From assembly GCA_025594325.1 (NCBI GenBank), contig JANHCV010000002.1, forward strand, positions 2,046,001-2,110,000: a stretch of DNA of 64,000 bases. The letters run 5' to 3'. Shown here piece by piece: positions 60,562 to 64,000 of the stretch. This stretch comes from Blastocladiella emersonii ATCC 22665. Its lineage: Eukaryota; Fungi; Blastocladiomycota. The first letter of the stretch is position 1, and the number at the start of each line of letters is the position of its first letter. Below the pieces are notes generated by a model. The model worked only from the letters and a program-made list of their open reading frames with translations, had not been told where the DNA came from and did not search any database. Both the position numbers and the translations under genes were made by a program.

Positions 60562-61407
60562 GGTGGTCGCGGTCGAGAGGTAGGGCGAGGTGGTTGATGG
60601 AGATACTGATCCTCACTGCGAAGCGGGGCCCTCGCGGTCTTTATACACTCGGTCCACAGTCGCGCTCGACCACGTCGCCGTACCCGAGCTCCTGGCCGGC
60701 GTCTCGGCCGATTATTCTATCGCGGGTGCAGTGCCCGGTGACCCGTAGCCGAGCACGCCGGCCGCTTCACGGATCACACCACGTCGGCACGGCGTGCGCG
60801 CGCTGCAGCATCCGCTGACCTTGCCGTGACGCGATCGGGTCAACCCGTTGCGCCATCCGGCTTACGCTGCCGTTTCAGAATTTACGCGTAGGTCGGGTAG
60901 GCGGCTTGAGCGGCGCGACACGTCCCGACCCAGCCGCGCGCTTGCGCCATCGGAGCGCGGGGAAGCGTCACGCTGCTGCTTCACATCACCTCGCCCATCA
61001 AAGCTCGGGGCTGCTCCGAGGTGTAGCGCTCGCGTCGTTCAACTCAGGATGACTAGTCCATCGCGTCGGCCGACCCCAAGACGTGGTGGGAGGAGTCAGA
61101 TCGTCAAGCAAGGCTCGTCGGCCAAGGGGCGAAGGCTTCGACCAACTTCACCCTTGCGTTGACGTACGAGCAGCGGCCGCGGCCGCCTCTCCGGCCATCC
61201 CTTGACCATCTCTGTAGCCGAGCATGCGAGGAGCCGTGCTTGATGGCCACCGCAAAGCCACACACCTCGCGCACAAGTATCGCTCGAGTGCAGCGCGGGA
61301 TCACGTCCAGCAATCTGGACGCGACCCGCCGTCGCCGCAGCTGACGATCCACGCTCGCGATCATGGAAGAAAATGTTTTATACACTCAGTCACCAGCCCG
61401 ACCCGCT

Positions 61408-64000
61408 TCACGACCGCGGCGTCAACAACTGCGTCTGCGTCTGCGCCTGCCCACGGTTGTGCTGCTGATTGCTGTGCCGCCGGTGCGGCGTAGGCGACGC
61501 GGACCCCGCTCGCCCGCCGCCGGCCGCGGGCGACGACGACGACGTGAGGGGCATGGGTCCGCCATCATCGTCGTCCGTGGTCTCTTCGACATTTACCATC
61601 TCGACGGGCACGTCGCGGGCGCGGCGGCGGCGGGGCAGGTCCGCGGGGACGGCGCCGTCGACGAGCGGCGAGATGGGCGGGACGATGATGGCGCCGGAGG
61701 AGATCGCCATGGGCGGGGTAGTGCGGAACCGCGAGTCGGGGGTACCCCCGCCAACGCCGCCGCCGCGGTCGTTGGCCGTGGCGATCCCGCCGCTGGTGCT
61801 GCTGTGCGCGGGCGTCTGGAGCGGGCCCGCCGCACCACTACGATGGAGTGCGGGTGACGACGCGACGGTCGGGAGCACGGGCGGCGGCGGGAGATGGGCG
61901 AGGAGGTGCTGCGGGATCGGGCCGGCGTTGGGCGCGGGCGACGTGTTGTTGTAGCGCGACGACGAGGTCCCCGGCCGCGACTCGCTCATGATGAACTTGA
62001 TGCGCACCGGCGTTCCGCGGGCGTGCTGCTGCTGCTGCTGCTGCGGCGGCGGTGGTGGTGGTGGAGGGGCAGGCGAGGACGGGGCCGGCAGCGGGATCGG
62101 CGACCCGCGCAGCGCGGGCGTCGGCAGGGGCGGCGGGCGGCGCGGCGACGAGATCTCGACCCCTCCCGCGCCGCGGAACCCGCCGGGCGACGACTGGACC
62201 CCGACGCCGCGGGCGGCCGCCGCGTTGCGGAACGCCGTGGCCGCGAGCGCGCGCGGGCCGGGCGACGAGACGAGCCCGAACGCGGGCTGCGGGAGCGGCG
62301 GCAGCGGGAGCGGGGGCAGGGGCAGGGGCGGGAGCTGGCCCGCCGCACCACCGTTCTGCTGCTGGGTCATCTCGCTCGGCACGTCCGTGAACAGACTCTC
62401 GGCGGCGAGCTGGATCGCGTTCCCCGGCGCGCTCGCGGGCGGCGACGAGGCCGAGGGCAGGAGCGCGGCCGACGACGAGAGGTACGGGTGGCCCTGGCCG
62501 TGGGCGCCGCCGGTCGCGAGGAGCATGTCGGCGACGCTGGTATCGATGGCGCTGTGGAACCCGGTGAACCCGCGCAGGTGCGGCGGCGATTTCGCGGAAT
62601 CGTGCCCGCTGGCCGCGCTCGTCAGCGCCGCCATCGTCACGGCGCTGTCGGTCGGGCGCGACGCAATGTCAAACGACTCGGGGATCTGGCTGTACGCGCC
62701 GGTGCCGGGCCCGGCCCCGGCCCCGGCGCCGCGGTGGTACTGCGGGTCGTGGAGCGACGGCGGCGCGGGGAGCGTGAGCGGCGGCGCTGCGGACACAGCG
62801 ACCGCGACCCCCGTACCCGCACCCGCGCCCGAGTCGTTGGGCAAAAAGTCGAACTCGAACTCGTCGTCGACGGGCGACACGAGCATCGGGCTGGTTTCCC
62901 GGTCGAAGACGAGGGCCGACAGGTCGGCCGCCGCCGACGGCCGAACCGAGGGCGTCGGCGCGGTCCATGGCGTCGTCACACCGCTCGCCGCCGCCGCGGT
63001 CCACGACGGCGTCGCCGCAACACGGGGCGTCTCGCCCACGACCGACTGCGCGGGCGTGATCCCGCTCGCGTACATGTTCCACACGCCGCCCTCGGTGTCG
63101 GGCCACGCGTGCGCGACGGACTCGCGGCGGCTCGACGTGGTGCCGCTGGTCGAGGGGCGGGAGCGGGTGCGCGGTGCCGAGTCGCGCGCGGCTGCGGGCT
63201 GCGACTGGTACTGGTACGGCGTCGCGGCGGGGCGCGAGGAGGCGCCGCCGCCGGCAGCGGACAAGGGTGTCGGGATCGCGGACAAGCGGCGGCTCGGCGG
63301 CGGGCCCATGACGGGCGGCTGCGGCGGGCCGCGGCCAGGCGCGCTCCCCACGTTGTCCTCGTCGTCCTCGTCGCCGTAAATGTCCATGACCGACGACTCG
63401 GAATCGCCAAAGTCAAAGTCAGGCACCGCAGCGGCCGCGTGCGCGGCGGCGGCGGCAGCGTCGAACGAACCGACACGCCGGCGCTTGGCGACGAGCTCGT
63501 CCTCCTCCTCATCGTCGTCCTCCTCCTCGGTCTCGCTCCCGTCCGACCCGTCGGCAGCGGCAGCACGCGGCGCCGCGCGCCCGCGTGTGCGTTTCCGGTT
63601 CGCGGGCGTAGGCGACGCGGACCGGCGGTTATCGGCGGACGGGCGGGACCGGTGGATGGTGCTGGCGAGCGACTCGTCCTCGCTCGTGGACCCGAGGTCC
63701 GAGTCACCGGCGGCGGCGCCGGCCGCGCCGAACAGGTCGTCGTCGTCGGTGCCGCGGTGGTACACGGTGACGCCGGCAGCTGCCGCAGCACGTGGTGGTG
63801 GTAGTGGGCGGGAGACCGGGTCGACGACCATCTCGTCGGCATGGACGCCGCCATCCCCAATGATATCGATCTCGCTCGACGTCTCCGAGTTGAACGCGTC
63901 GACGTCGACAACGACGGGCCGCGGTGCGGACTGCGCCGCCGCCTGGACCGCGGGCCACGCCTTGGCGGACGCCGTCGGCGGCATCGGCGTGGCCGTGTGC
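61408..64000 (-). CDS. Low-complexity Pro/Ala/Ser-rich protein, 3' part (frame open to the window end)
   Basis: At least 858 codons open; acidic tract, NLS-like RKRTR and KRRR, polyQ and polyP; no folded domain recognised. Confidence 0.6.
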   Translation of the reverse strand, partial: HTATPMPPTASAKAWPAVQAAAQSAPRPVVVDVDAFNSETSSEIDIIGDGGVHADEMVVDPVSRPLPPPRAAAAAGVTVYHRGTDDDDLFGAAGAAAGDSDLGSTSEDESLASTIHRSRPSADNRRSASPTPANRKRTRGRAAPRAAAADGSDGSETEEEDDDEEEDELVAKRRRVGSFDAAAAAAHAAAAVPDFDFGDSESSVMDIYGDEDDEDNVGSAPGRGPPQPPVMGPPPSRRLSAIPTPLSAAGGGASSRPAATPYQYQSQPAAARDSAPRTRSRPSTSGTTSSRRESVAHAWPDTEGGVWNMYASGITPAQSVVGETPRVAATPSWTAAAASGVTTPWTAPTPSVRPSAAADLSALVFDRETSPMLVSPVDDEFEFDFLPNDSGAGAGTGVAVAVSAAPPLTLPAPPSLHDPQYHRGAGAGAGPGTGAYSQIPESFDIASRPTDSAVTMAALTSAASGHDSAKSPPHLRGFTGFHSAIDTSVADMLLATGGAHGQGHPYLSSSAALLPSASSPPASAPGNAIQLAAESLFTDVPSEMTQQQNGGAAGQLPPLPLPPLPLPPLPQPAFGLVSSPGPRALAATAFRNAAAARGVGVQSSPGGFRGAGGVEISSPRRPPPLPTPALRGSPIPLPAPSSPAPPPPPPPPQQQQQQHARGTPVRIKFIMSESRPGTSSSRYNNTSPAPNAGPIPQHLLAHLPPPPVLPTVASSPALHRSGAAGPLQTPAHSSTSGGIATANDRGGGVGGGTPDSRFRTTPPMAISSGAIIVPPISPLVDGAVPADLPRRRRARDVPVEMVNVEETTDDDDGGPMPLTSSSSPAAGGGRAGSASPTPHRRHSNQQHNRGQAQTQTQLLTPRS

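Overview
GC-rich, intron-containing fungal genomic DNA (55-75 bp GT-AG introns with CTRAC-type branch points; fungal-type RSP5 and ISY1). It is most likely from an early-diverging zoosporic fungus, since it carries a CatSper-beta-like gene and a plant-type LRR receptor; the species cannot be named from sequence alone. Core genes (RIX7, RSP5, NFS1, NOP53, ISY1, UTP13, RNH203, an APC amino-acid permease) alternate with three accessory blocks. (1) 1-12.2 kb: the 5' part of a Ty3/gypsy retrotransposon (self-priming PBS, -1 frameshift site), inserted at the promoter motif of a tandem family of four diverged two-exon genes with an F-box-like N-terminus and Cys-rich C-terminus (two intact, two damaged), followed by a kinase-less LRR receptor with one LRR per exon. 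(2) 24.4-33.3 kb: a decayed island with a perfect 116-bp inverted repeat around a LINE RNase H relic, a DUF4470-like gene and a helical-NTD/TKL-kinase/BTB gene. (3) 46.3-52.7 kb: four tandem 7TM GPCR-like genes (one solo-LTR-disrupted, one internally deleted, one intronless) ending 27 bp from a convergent five-exon, 1305-aa CatSper-beta homologue. A composite ACGCGTCTC/TGTCTCRC/CACGTGA motif recurs upstream of many genes. No rRNA, tRNA or CRISPR array was seen. Family assignments are from motif recognition and recall, not database searches.
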